DNA from: a virus
Lineage: Duplodnaviria; Caudoviricetes
Direction: 5' to 3' (one strand)
DNA: 27,467 nucleotides
Virus record (IMG/VR): IMGVR_UViG_3300048670_000299
Location: 1-27,467 of that record
The first letter of the stretch is position 1. Each line of letters begins with the position of its first letter. The position numbers and the translations under genes are program-made. This document shows, one piece after another, positions 1-5,771 of the stretch. The notes under the pieces were generated by a model. That model did not search any database and had not been told where the DNA came from. It worked only from the letters and a program-made list of their open reading frames with translations.

Positions 1-26
1 ATTTTGGAATCATATGTAACTCCCAT
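1..26 (-). CDS. 5' fragment of a probable gene running off the window (MGVTYDSK...)
   Basis: ATG at 26, 25 nt downstream of the previous stop, open to the window edge; only 8 codons visible. Confidence 0.4.
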
Positions 27-51
27 ATATTACCATCTATAAATGCTTTGT

Positions 52-888
52 TCATTTTAACTTATCTTTTAATTGTGTATAATCTATATATGTTACATTA
101 CTTACTGATTTCCAGGCATCTAACGGTTTATTAGTTGTTTTACCACCAGTATTACTTTCATTTACTTTATAGAAATTAATAGTAGGATTTTGTTCAAATA
201 ATATCTTCCATTGTAATATCCAATTTTCAGCAGGCGTATGTGTGTGTTCTGGTATTACATAGTTTAATGTTCCTTTGTACATATTGTTAACTAATCCAGT
301 ATCACTTTTTAAATCATGTCCTAATAGATAAACGTTTTGTGGTGTATTTTGTTTCACTGCAATATAACCAGACATTGGCCCAGCGGCCCAGCCTATATCT
401 ATATTATTTGGCATGATATCGTTTATATTATGTACCTTATCATCATCTCTGACCCAATTAATGGTTAATTCGTTTCTATTGATATTTTTTTTGGTCTTTG
501 TATTTAAACCTCTATCTAGTATGTGTACTTCACCTGACAAATTAGAACCGTGCATAACAAATTCCATTTCATCTGTTCTTTCATTTTTATTAATACAATT
601 CCATTTCTCCATGTTATCTAAATCTACTTTAAGTAACATACCATCTTTTAAATGTTTATACATGTGAGCAGGTATTCTTGTCCAATCTCTAAACCAACAT
701 TCATTTGTGTAACCATAACCACCTCTGTATATCTCGTGCATGATACCATGATCTACTGCAACCAATACATCTGGTGTAAAATCTCTATAGATTGCATTAC
801 AACCATATATTTTACCATGAGGTTTTAATGTATTAAGATCAAACCCCTTTCTACTCTCACCATTACCTATTAGAAATACATTAGACAT
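52..888 (-). CDS. Hypothetical protein, MptE/DUF115/sialyltransferase-like fold
   Basis: VFLIGNGESR, YGCNAIYRD, LVAVD and VYLLGHD motifs typical of this Rossmann-like phage family. Confidence 0.55.
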   Translation of the reverse strand: MSNVFLIGNGESRKGFDLNTLKPHGKIYGCNAIYRDFTPDVLVAVDHGIMHEIYRGGYGYTNECWFRDWTRIPAHMYKHLKDGMLLKVDLDNMEKWNCINKNERTDEMEFVMHGSNLSGEVHILDRGLNTKTKKNINRNELTINWVRDDDKVHNINDIMPNNIDIGWAAGPMSGYIAVKQNTPQNVYLLGHDLKSDTGLVNNMYKGTLNYVIPEHTHTPAENWILQWKILFEQNPTINFYKVNESNTGGKTTNKPLDAWKSVSNVTYIDYTQLKDKLK

Positions 889-1108
889 GTTTTAACCAAT
901 TGTATAATGCTATACTTGCAATTATGATAAAAACTATTTGTTGTGTTAATCTTGCATAATCTTTTTCTTTTAAAGCAACCTGTCCCCATAAAAATACAGA
1001 TATTATTAAAAATAACCAAGCAATCCATTGCACGGTAATAATTGCTGTTGCTTGAATTACTGAAGCTATAATATTAACTGATGCTGCTGTCCATTTCAAT
1101 TTATTCAT
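881..1108 (-). CDS. Small membrane protein (about 3 hydrophobic helices)
   Basis: 75 aa, hydrophobic, tightly coupled to neighbours. Confidence 0.7.
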   Translation of the reverse strand: MNKLKWTAASVNIIASVIQATAIITVQWIAWLFLIISVFLWGQVALKEKDYARLTQQIVFIIIASIALYNWLKHV

Positions 1109-1109
1109 T

Positions 1110-1514
1110 TCATCTTCCGTTGGAGTAATTTTTTATTGTTAATATAAGACTGCCTAATCCATTCTGTCTCTGTGGAGTGAGTATTGTTGTCATACCTAAT
1201 GGTGAAAAATCTTCTATTTTAATTCTTTGTATATTCTTATACTTTTGTCCATTTAATATATCTAATACGATATAAGCAGTACCTCGAGTTATAAAAGCAT
1301 CTGCTCCTGCTTGTAATGTTAATATTTCCTTTTCAAAGATTGGTACCAACCATAGATTGCTGGCACAACCGTGTATTTTAAAACTGTCCAACTGATATTT
1401 CTCATCTAATGGTTCTAATCTTCGGCCAAGATCCATAAGGTATTCTAATCGATCCATGCCCGATAACTGAGTAAGTGTTTTACTCCATTGTTTAATTTTA
1501 TCTTTTATTATCAT
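1110..1514 (-). CDS. sufE: SufE-family Fe-S assembly sulfur-transfer protein
   Basis: RLEYLMDLGRRL, IHGCASNLWL with the conserved Cys, ADAFITRG and LTPQRQNGL match SufE/CsdE motifs. Confidence 0.88.
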   Translation of the reverse strand: MIIKDKIKQWSKTLTQLSGMDRLEYLMDLGRRLEPLDEKYQLDSFKIHGCASNLWLVPIFEKEILTLQAGADAFITRGTAYIVLDILNGQKYKNIQRIKIEDFSPLGMTTILTPQRQNGLGSLILTIKNYSNGR

Positions 1515-2119
1515 TTTACAAATACATCTTTCAATATCAATTTAATAGAAGTGGGATTGTATTTAACAAACTGTGTGTATTTCTTTATTCTTTTGGAGTG
1601 AACTGGCCAAACAACCTTTTCAACTATTTCTTTATCCCAACGTTTACTATATGATAAAACTTGATTAAAAACTACTGCACTTTCGTAGGATATATTTTTT
1701 GATAGAACCAATTGAAAAAATCTAGGGTGCTGCCCACCAAAAGAAATAAACCCGTCATTAAAAGAAAGATGTTTAACATTAAAATCATTAGCGATATATA
1801 CACAGTCGCTTCTAAAATGATAATCAAAAGCTTCTTTACGTTTTCTCCAATCAAGGTAAATATCCGTGCCATCATTTCTAGTTAAATCTCCTACCCATTT
1901 ATTACTATCAGTAAGAAAATTAGAAACAAAAAAGTCCAATATATCATCTTTATTGTATTTGGTTCCAAGCTTGTGAAAAAAATATCTAGCATTGTTTTTA
2001 GTAAATGTTTCTAGTTTACAGTTAACTTTCCCTTCATATTTATGATAGTCATAACTATCTGAAGTGAAGTGTAGTTTAACTGCCAAATATATTTTATATA
2101 CATCAAATCCATTTACCAT
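1511..2119 (-). CDS. gp59: T4 gp59-like helicase loader
   Basis: GFDVYKIYLAVKLHF...YDYHKYEGK N-terminus; downstream of gp33 as in T4-like phages. Confidence 0.85.
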   Translation of the reverse strand: MVNGFDVYKIYLAVKLHFTSDSYDYHKYEGKVNCKLETFTKNNARYFFHKLGTKYNKDDILDFFVSNFLTDSNKWVGDLTRNDGTDIYLDWRKRKEAFDYHFRSDCVYIANDFNVKHLSFNDGFISFGGQHPRFFQLVLSKNISYESAVVFNQVLSYSKRWDKEIVEKVVWPVHSKRIKKYTQFVKYNPTSIKLILKDVFVK

Positions 2120-2122
2120 ATA

Positions 2123-2335
2123 TCATACCGGCAACTGGCCAGTTTTTGGAAGATAATTTAAATTTTGGGCTTCTATAGCAATCTTATCTTTTAGAGTCTT
2201 TGTTAATAGGGGAGCAACTGTTGAAGGATCTATGTCATTTTGTTCGCAATATAGAAGTACAGCGTCCATATAGGAGATACCTTTTCTCTCTTTTACTATC
2301 TGTTCTATTTTTAAAGAAAATTCTTTTGAGTTCAT
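2123..2335 (-). CDS. gp33: T4 gp33-like late-transcription coactivator
   Basis: FSLKIEQIV...ISYMDAVLLYCEQNDID...LKDKIAIEAQNLNYL. Confidence 0.88.
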   Translation of the reverse strand: MNSKEFSLKIEQIVKERKGISYMDAVLLYCEQNDIDPSTVAPLLTKTLKDKIAIEAQNLNYLPKTGQLPV

Positions 2336-2341
2336 TATATA

Positions 2342-2370
2342 ACTATATCACAGTTTAGGTGAGTTGTCAA
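2342..2370 (-). promoter_or_regulatory. Sigma70-type promoter for gp33
   Basis: TTGACA-17 nt-TATAGT with extended -10 TG; ATG follows after 6 nt. Confidence 0.75.
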
Positions 2371-2388
2371 TGGCCACCGAAGTGGCCA
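2371..2388 (-). terminator. Hairpin with cUUCGg tetraloop
   Basis: TGGCCAC-TTCG-GTGGCCA perfect 7-bp stem just after a stop codon; U-tract is weak. Confidence 0.7.
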
Positions 2389-2397
2389 CTGTCGGTA

Positions 2398-2562
2398 TTA
2401 TAGAAAGCTACTTAATGTAGTAAGTGTTGCTAAAACAAAAATTATAATTAATGATATGCCTATTAATATTTCATATACAGGCTGATATTCTCTATAATTA
2501 TTTTTTATTTCTTTTTTAGCTTTACTTAACCATTTGCTTTCGCATATGTTATACGGTATCAT
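2398..2562 (-). CDS. Small protein with C-terminal transmembrane helix (54 aa, MIPYNICESKWLSK...)
   Basis: Translated by hand; ATG abuts the upstream stop; hydrophobic tail ILIGISLIIIFVLATLTTL. Confidence 0.7.
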   Translation of the reverse strand: MIPYNICESKWLSKAKKEIKNNYREYQPVYEILIGISLIIIFVLATLTTLSSFL

Positions 2563-2898
2563 TTACTTTCCTTTTAAATTTGGAAAGAAAGCCTTTACTG
2601 TATTTTGATATGCTTCAGCATAAGGTTTTGCTAACTCTTGTGCTTTTTCTACGTTATCTTGTACGCTCTTTGTGTAGTCATTATTTGTTACAAATTCATT
2701 AAATTGTTTTGCAATATTAATTATATCTGTAGCCGCTAATGTAGGAGCTTTAAACTCTTGTACTACTTGGTCGCCGTCTTTTTTGATTTTGTATTCGTAC
2801 TCTTGTACTTGTACTTGATAATTAAACTCAACTAATGATTTAGCTAAGCCTAATAGGTCTGAACGGATCTCGTATCCGTTTTTTGATGTTGTTGCCAT
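2563..2898 (-). CDS. Hypothetical protein (MATTSKNGYEIR..., 111 aa)
   Basis: Start moved from 2952 to 2898 because of the AAGGAG Shine-Dalgarno and the late promoter at 2934-2941. Confidence 0.8.
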   Translation of the reverse strand: MATTSKNGYEIRSDLLGLAKSLVEFNYQVQVQEYEYKIKKDGDQVVQEFKAPTLAATDIINIAKQFNEFVTNNDYTKSVQDNVEKAQELAKPYAEAYQNTVKAFFPNLKGK

Positions 2899-2933
2899 TG
2901 TTTTCTCCTTTGTGTGTGTGTTAATAGCATTTC

Positions 2934-2941
2934 TATTTATA
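2934..2941 (-). promoter_or_regulatory. T4-type late promoter
   Basis: TATAAATA directly after a hairpin and upstream of an SD-led gene. Confidence 0.75.
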
Positions 2942-2969
2942 AGACTAGACACCTTATTGTATCTAGTCT
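2942..2969 (-). terminator. Stem-loop, probable terminator
   Basis: AGACTAGATAC-AATAAG-GTGTCTAGTCT, 11 bp with one G-U pair on the minus strand. Confidence 0.65.
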
Positions 2970-2984
2970 ATATAAATTCTTTAA

Positions 2985-3143
2985 TTACTTCTTTTTTTCT
3001 ACACCATCAGCATTTTGATCTACATTTTTTTTATACCAATCTACTGATTTATCTTTTGCTGACTTTATATCTGATTGTACACCAGATACAGTGTTACATG
3101 CAGTTAAGGATAATATAACAAAAATACTTAATACTTTTATCAT
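2985..3143 (-). CDS. Entericidin EcnA/B-like small lipoprotein (52 aa)
   Basis: Hand translation MIKVLSIFVILSLTAC-NTVSGVQSDIKSAKDK...; lipobox LTAC followed by the family-like NTVxGxxxDI. Confidence 0.7.
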   Translation of the reverse strand: MIKVLSIFVILSLTACNTVSGVQSDIKSAKDKSVDWYKKNVDQNADGVEKKK

Positions 3144-3144
3144 A

Positions 3145-3294
3145 TTATTTCTTTACTGGAGCAACCGGTTGTGTAACAGCAGGTTTTGCAGGTGTTACAT
3201 CTACCTTTTTAGAAGGTTTTACCAATGTGTAAAATCCTACAACTAAAACAAATACTACCACTGTAGCAATTGCTAGATTTCTATATGTAAACAT
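3145..3294 (-). CDS. Small single-pass membrane protein with Pro/Val/Lys-rich tail (49 aa)
   Basis: MFTYRNLAIATVVVFVLVVGFYTLVKPSKKVDVTPAKPAVTQPVAPVKK; AAGGAG SD upstream. Confidence 0.8.
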   Translation of the reverse strand: MFTYRNLAIATVVVFVLVVGFYTLVKPSKKVDVTPAKPAVTQPVAPVKK

Positions 3295-3327
3295 AATTTA
3301 CTCCTTTTTTTAATTAATGTATATTAT

Positions 3328-3356
3328 ATTATATACTAATTTGATTGATTTGTCAA
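3328..3356 (-). promoter_or_regulatory. Consensus sigma70 promoter (repeat copy 1)
   Basis: TTGACA-17 nt-TATAAT. Confidence 0.85.
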
Positions 3357-3364
3357 GTGGTTAT

Positions 3365-3485
3365 ATTACTTTTTAGTTCGGGGAGGCACTCAACGAGGTT
3401 CTTATGTAAACTGGTCTACATCCTCCCTATATTAACTCAACGAAAGCAGAGGCTTTCAGAAAGAATCATTATGAGAAATAATGAT
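3365..3485 (-). ncRNA. Candidate structured small RNA, unknown family
   Basis: Own promoter with predicted +1 at 3485; hairpins at 3485-3465 and 3457-3442; GGGAGG/CCTCCC-closed domain at 3427-3381; 3' end approximate. Confidence 0.6.
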
Positions 3486-3491
3486 ACTTAC

Positions 3492-3520
3492 AGTATATAC
3501 TAATTTGATTGATTTGTCAA
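3492..3520 (-). promoter_or_regulatory. Sigma70 promoter (repeat copy 2) driving the candidate sRNA
   Basis: TTGACA-17 nt-TATACT. Confidence 0.8.
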
Positions 3521-3524
3521 CCAG

Positions 3525-3719
3525 TTAAATTACTTTGGGACTTCTAGTGATATGGCCTACAACGGTACCTTTATGTTCACCCTCTTTTATGGTGTAACCT
3601 GACGTACCATTACCATTAATTTCGACTTCTTTTCTACTTCTCAATAGAATGTCGTTCTTTTCTTTTACCTGTTTATCCGTGTAGTTTTTGAATATTAAGT
3701 CTTTTAATCGTTCTATCAT
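3525..3719 (-). CDS. Hypothetical protein (MIERLKDLIFK..., 64 aa)
   Basis: ORF track; start moved to the ATG at 3719, 5 nt after TATAAATA. Confidence 0.7.
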   Translation of the reverse strand: MIERLKDLIFKNYTDKQVKEKNDILLRSRKEVEINGNGTSGYTIKEGEHKGTVVGHITRSPKVI

Positions 3720-3724
3720 AATAT

Positions 3725-3732
3725 TATTTATA
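3725..3732 (-). promoter_or_regulatory. T4-type late promoter
   Basis: TATAAATA-ATATT-ATG. Confidence 0.75.
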
Positions 3733-3749
3733 TGAGTTTTCAACATATG

Positions 3750-3772
3750 AGGTATGTTGTTTTTGCATACCT
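3750..3772 (-). terminator. Stem-loop downstream of tmRNA
   Basis: AGGTATG...CATACCT 7-bp inverted repeat. Confidence 0.5.
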
Positions 3773-3779
3773 TAATAAA

Positions 3780-4017
3780 GGCCTGATTCTGTTGCCACGT
3801 TCAGGCCGGACGCCGTTACCTATTACTAGGCAGCAAGAGCATAACTTTCGTTAGCATCTATGATTTGACATTACGTTGTCAGCGATTTAACTCCAAATAG
3901 TTTTGGCTAGAAGTCGATCTCTAGTTCCACCCCCTATATTTCATTATATAGATGGTGGAGTGGCTGGGTACCGCCCCCAGGTCCTGTCTAGTTATTATCT
4001 ATTCTTCATCATTAAAT
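3780..4017 (-). ncRNA. ssrA: Two-piece (circularly permuted) tmRNA, alphaproteobacterial type; tag ANESYALAA
   Basis: Acceptor piece ends CTGGG-GGCGGTA-CCCAG-CCACTCC-A-CCA (3953); 19-nt intervening segment; coding piece begins GGGGTGG (3933) giving a 7-bp acceptor stem with G3-U; tag frame 3855-3826 after ATAGAT; terminal GGCAACAGAA hairpin; outer ends approximate. Confidence 0.93.
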
Positions 4018-4360
4018 ATTTTTTTATATCTCCACCTGATTTTAAATCAAATGTTCTAAATCCAATACAAGCCATACTAAGGTCGTGAGGGTCGCCTAAT
4101 ATGACCACAGTTTCTTTTGTATTTTTATTGATATAATATTCTATATAAAATACTGGTTCACCTTTAGGATTTTGTTCTGACCTACCTAAACTTATATTTT
4201 GTAATTCAAATTTATAGTCTTTTAAATATTGTTCAACTGTTAATCTATGCCCACAAGCAACAGGTATATCTTCTAAGGTTAAAGAATACTTATTTAAAGG
4301 GTTATCAGCGTAACTGATATTGCAATATAATATAAATGTTATTATTAATTTTTTTAACAT
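3995..4360 (-). CDS. Hypothetical secreted protein
   Basis: N-terminal signal-like sequence ending SYA; two further Cys in the mature part. Confidence 0.7.
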   Translation of the reverse strand: MLKKLIITFILYCNISYADNPLNKYSLTLEDIPVACGHRLTVEQYLKDYKFELQNISLGRSEQNPKGEPVFYIEYYINKNTKETVVILGDPHDLSMACIGFRTFDLKSGGDIKKYLMMKNR

Positions 4361-4400
4361 TGGCCTACTTCTGACAATAGGTCAATTAGTTTATGTATTA

Positions 4401-5087
4401 CTATTTGTCTTTTATTTGTTTATCGTTAAAGTATTTATAAAAATTATCTATTGATTCCATCAACTTCTGTTGATAATCGGCCGTCTTTTTAATAAACGTT
4501 TGAGCAACGCCATCTTCACAGGCCAATATGATTACGATCTGTTCGATCTTTTCACCAAAAGTTTCTTCATACATCATAGAGTAAGCTGTAGTTTGTAAGA
4601 AGTAATTTTCAATCCAACCTTCTTCTCTACTCTTATTGGCAGATTTAAAGTCTATTACTGATAACTTACCGTTGTATTCTGCAACACAATCTACTTGTCC
4701 TGCAATAGTAAGTTTTTTACTATACATGATTGATTCTAATAATCTAATATTATCTATTTGATCTACATAAGGTCTGATTAACTTAAAAAGTCCTAATGGT
4801 AATACGTCTCTAATAGATGGAGTTTCATTCTGTAAATACTGTTCTACCAAAGTGTGCATTGCTTTACCACGTCTAGCCGCTCTACCCATTTCCCAATTGG
4901 CAACAGATTCACCAACTTTATTACGCCAATCTTGTAATGAATCTTTCTTTAATAATGATAATACAGAAGTAACTGACGGATAAGATTTACCATCTATTTC
5001 ATAGAATCTAATACCATCTATATTCTTACCTGCTGTTTTTGGTAATACACTTTTGTTCAAATCAATAAATTTAAATTCTCTAGCCAT
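4401..5087 (-). CDS. PD-(D/E)XK exonuclease (Cas4/MGME1-like phage family)
   Basis: YPSVTSVL, RGKAMH, AGQVDC, VIDFKS, YFLQTTAY. Confidence 0.85.
   Translation of the reverse strand: MAREFKFIDLNKSVLPKTAGKNIDGIRFYEIDGKSYPSVTSVLSLLKKDSLQDWRNKVGESVANWEMGRAARRGKAMHTLVEQYLQNETPSIRDVLPLGLFKLIRPYVDQIDNIRLLESIMYSKKLTIAGQVDCVAEYNGKLSVIDFKSANKSREEGWIENYFLQTTAYSMMYEETFGEKIEQIVIILACEDGVAQTFIKKTADYQQKLMESIDNFYKYFNDKQIKDK
4432..4439 (-). promoter_or_regulatory. Probable late promoter inside the exonuclease 3' end
   Basis: TATAAATA about 70 nt upstream of the 4360 start. Confidence 0.5.
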
Positions 5088-5734
5088 TAGTCCTTTATGT
5101 TACATGTTGCAAAAGAAGCACTAGTAGTTCTCAAATAAGGTTTAATTGTTTTAAAACCTGGGAATTTGTCATTTGCTTCTTCATTTGTTACTGCTGCCGT
5201 TAATATAACATCTTCACCTTGCACCCAATTAGCTGGTGTTGCAACTTTATGTTTAAATGTTAATTGTAACGAATCAACAACTCTTAAAATTTCATTAAAA
5301 TTTCTACCTGCACTTGCTGGGTATTCTAACTTCAATTTAATCTTTTTATCTGGCCCTATAATGAATACTGATCTAACAGTCATTGTATCACTAGCATTCT
5401 CATGTATCATATCATAAAGTTTTGATACTTTTTTATCTTCGTCTGCAATTAATGGATATTCGGGTTTTTGACCTTGTGTTTCTTGTATGTCATTTAACCA
5501 TTGTTCGTGATTACCAATTGCATCAACGGACAACCCAATAACTTTAACATCTCTTTTTATAAATTCTGGTAAAAGTTTTTGTAATGTACCGAGTTCGGTC
5601 GTACAAACTGGTGTAAAGTTTTTAGGATGTGAAAATAATATTGCCCAACTATTATTTGTATAACTATAAAAATCTATCAAGCCTTGTGATGTATGGGCTA
5701 CAAAGTTTGGCGCTGTATCATTTATTTTAACCAT
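5087..5734 (-). CDS. 1-Cys peroxiredoxin (Prx6 subfamily)
   Basis: FSHPKNFTPVCTTELG, VRSVFIIGPDKK, GRNFNEILRVVDSLQ, VATPANW. Confidence 0.93.
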   Translation of the reverse strand: MVKINDTAPNFVAHTSQGLIDFYSYTNNSWAILFSHPKNFTPVCTTELGTLQKLLPEFIKRDVKVIGLSVDAIGNHEQWLNDIQETQGQKPEYPLIADEDKKVSKLYDMIHENASDTMTVRSVFIIGPDKKIKLKLEYPASAGRNFNEILRVVDSLQLTFKHKVATPANWVQGEDVILTAAVTNEEANDKFPGFKTIKPYLRTTSASFATCNIKD

Positions 5735-5742
5735 ATCCTAAT

Positions 5743-5771
5743 AATATAACATAGTATAGACTATCTGTCAA
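5743..5771 (-). promoter_or_regulatory. Sigma70 promoter for peroxiredoxin; -35 lies in the last hemA codons
   Basis: TTGACA-17 nt-TATATT with TG extension; ATG 8 nt later. Confidence 0.7.

Larger units (their letters stand above)
3330..3520. repeat. 27-bp perfect direct repeat at 3330-3356 and 3494-3520
   Basis: tatatactaatttgattgatttgtcaa occurs twice, 137 nt apart; each copy is a promoter core. Confidence 0.95.

Noticed and set aside
3365-3427. SAM-II/SAM-V riboswitch or HDV-like ribozyme, suggested by the 3' GAACUAAAAAG
   Set aside because: I could not build the required pseudoknot pairings or find the conserved core nucleotides by eye. A covariance-model search is still needed.
3395-3440. 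preQ1-I riboswitch resemblance on the + strand (GAGGUUCU...CUACAUCCUC)
   Set aside because: It lacks the A-rich 3' tail, lies opposite to the promoter, and has no + strand gene downstream.
3927-3984. Ordinary tRNA-Ala gene
   Set aside because: The halves are in permuted order, there is no anticodon arm, and a tag reading frame follows, so it is a tmRNA.
3903-4088. + strand 61-aa ORF
   Set aside because: Antisense to the tmRNA and a minus-strand CDS; no expression signals.
4360-4385. Hairpin TTGGCCTA...TAGGTCAA as a terminator
   Set aside because: On the transcribed minus strand it contains an A-C mismatch and has no U-tract, so support is weak.
3330-5087. Mini-CRISPR array (27-bp repeats) with a Cas4-like nuclease nearby
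   Set aside because: Only two copies with a 137-nt spacer, the repeats are promoter cores, and the nuclease lacks the Cas4 four-Cys cluster and fits the common phage exonuclease family.
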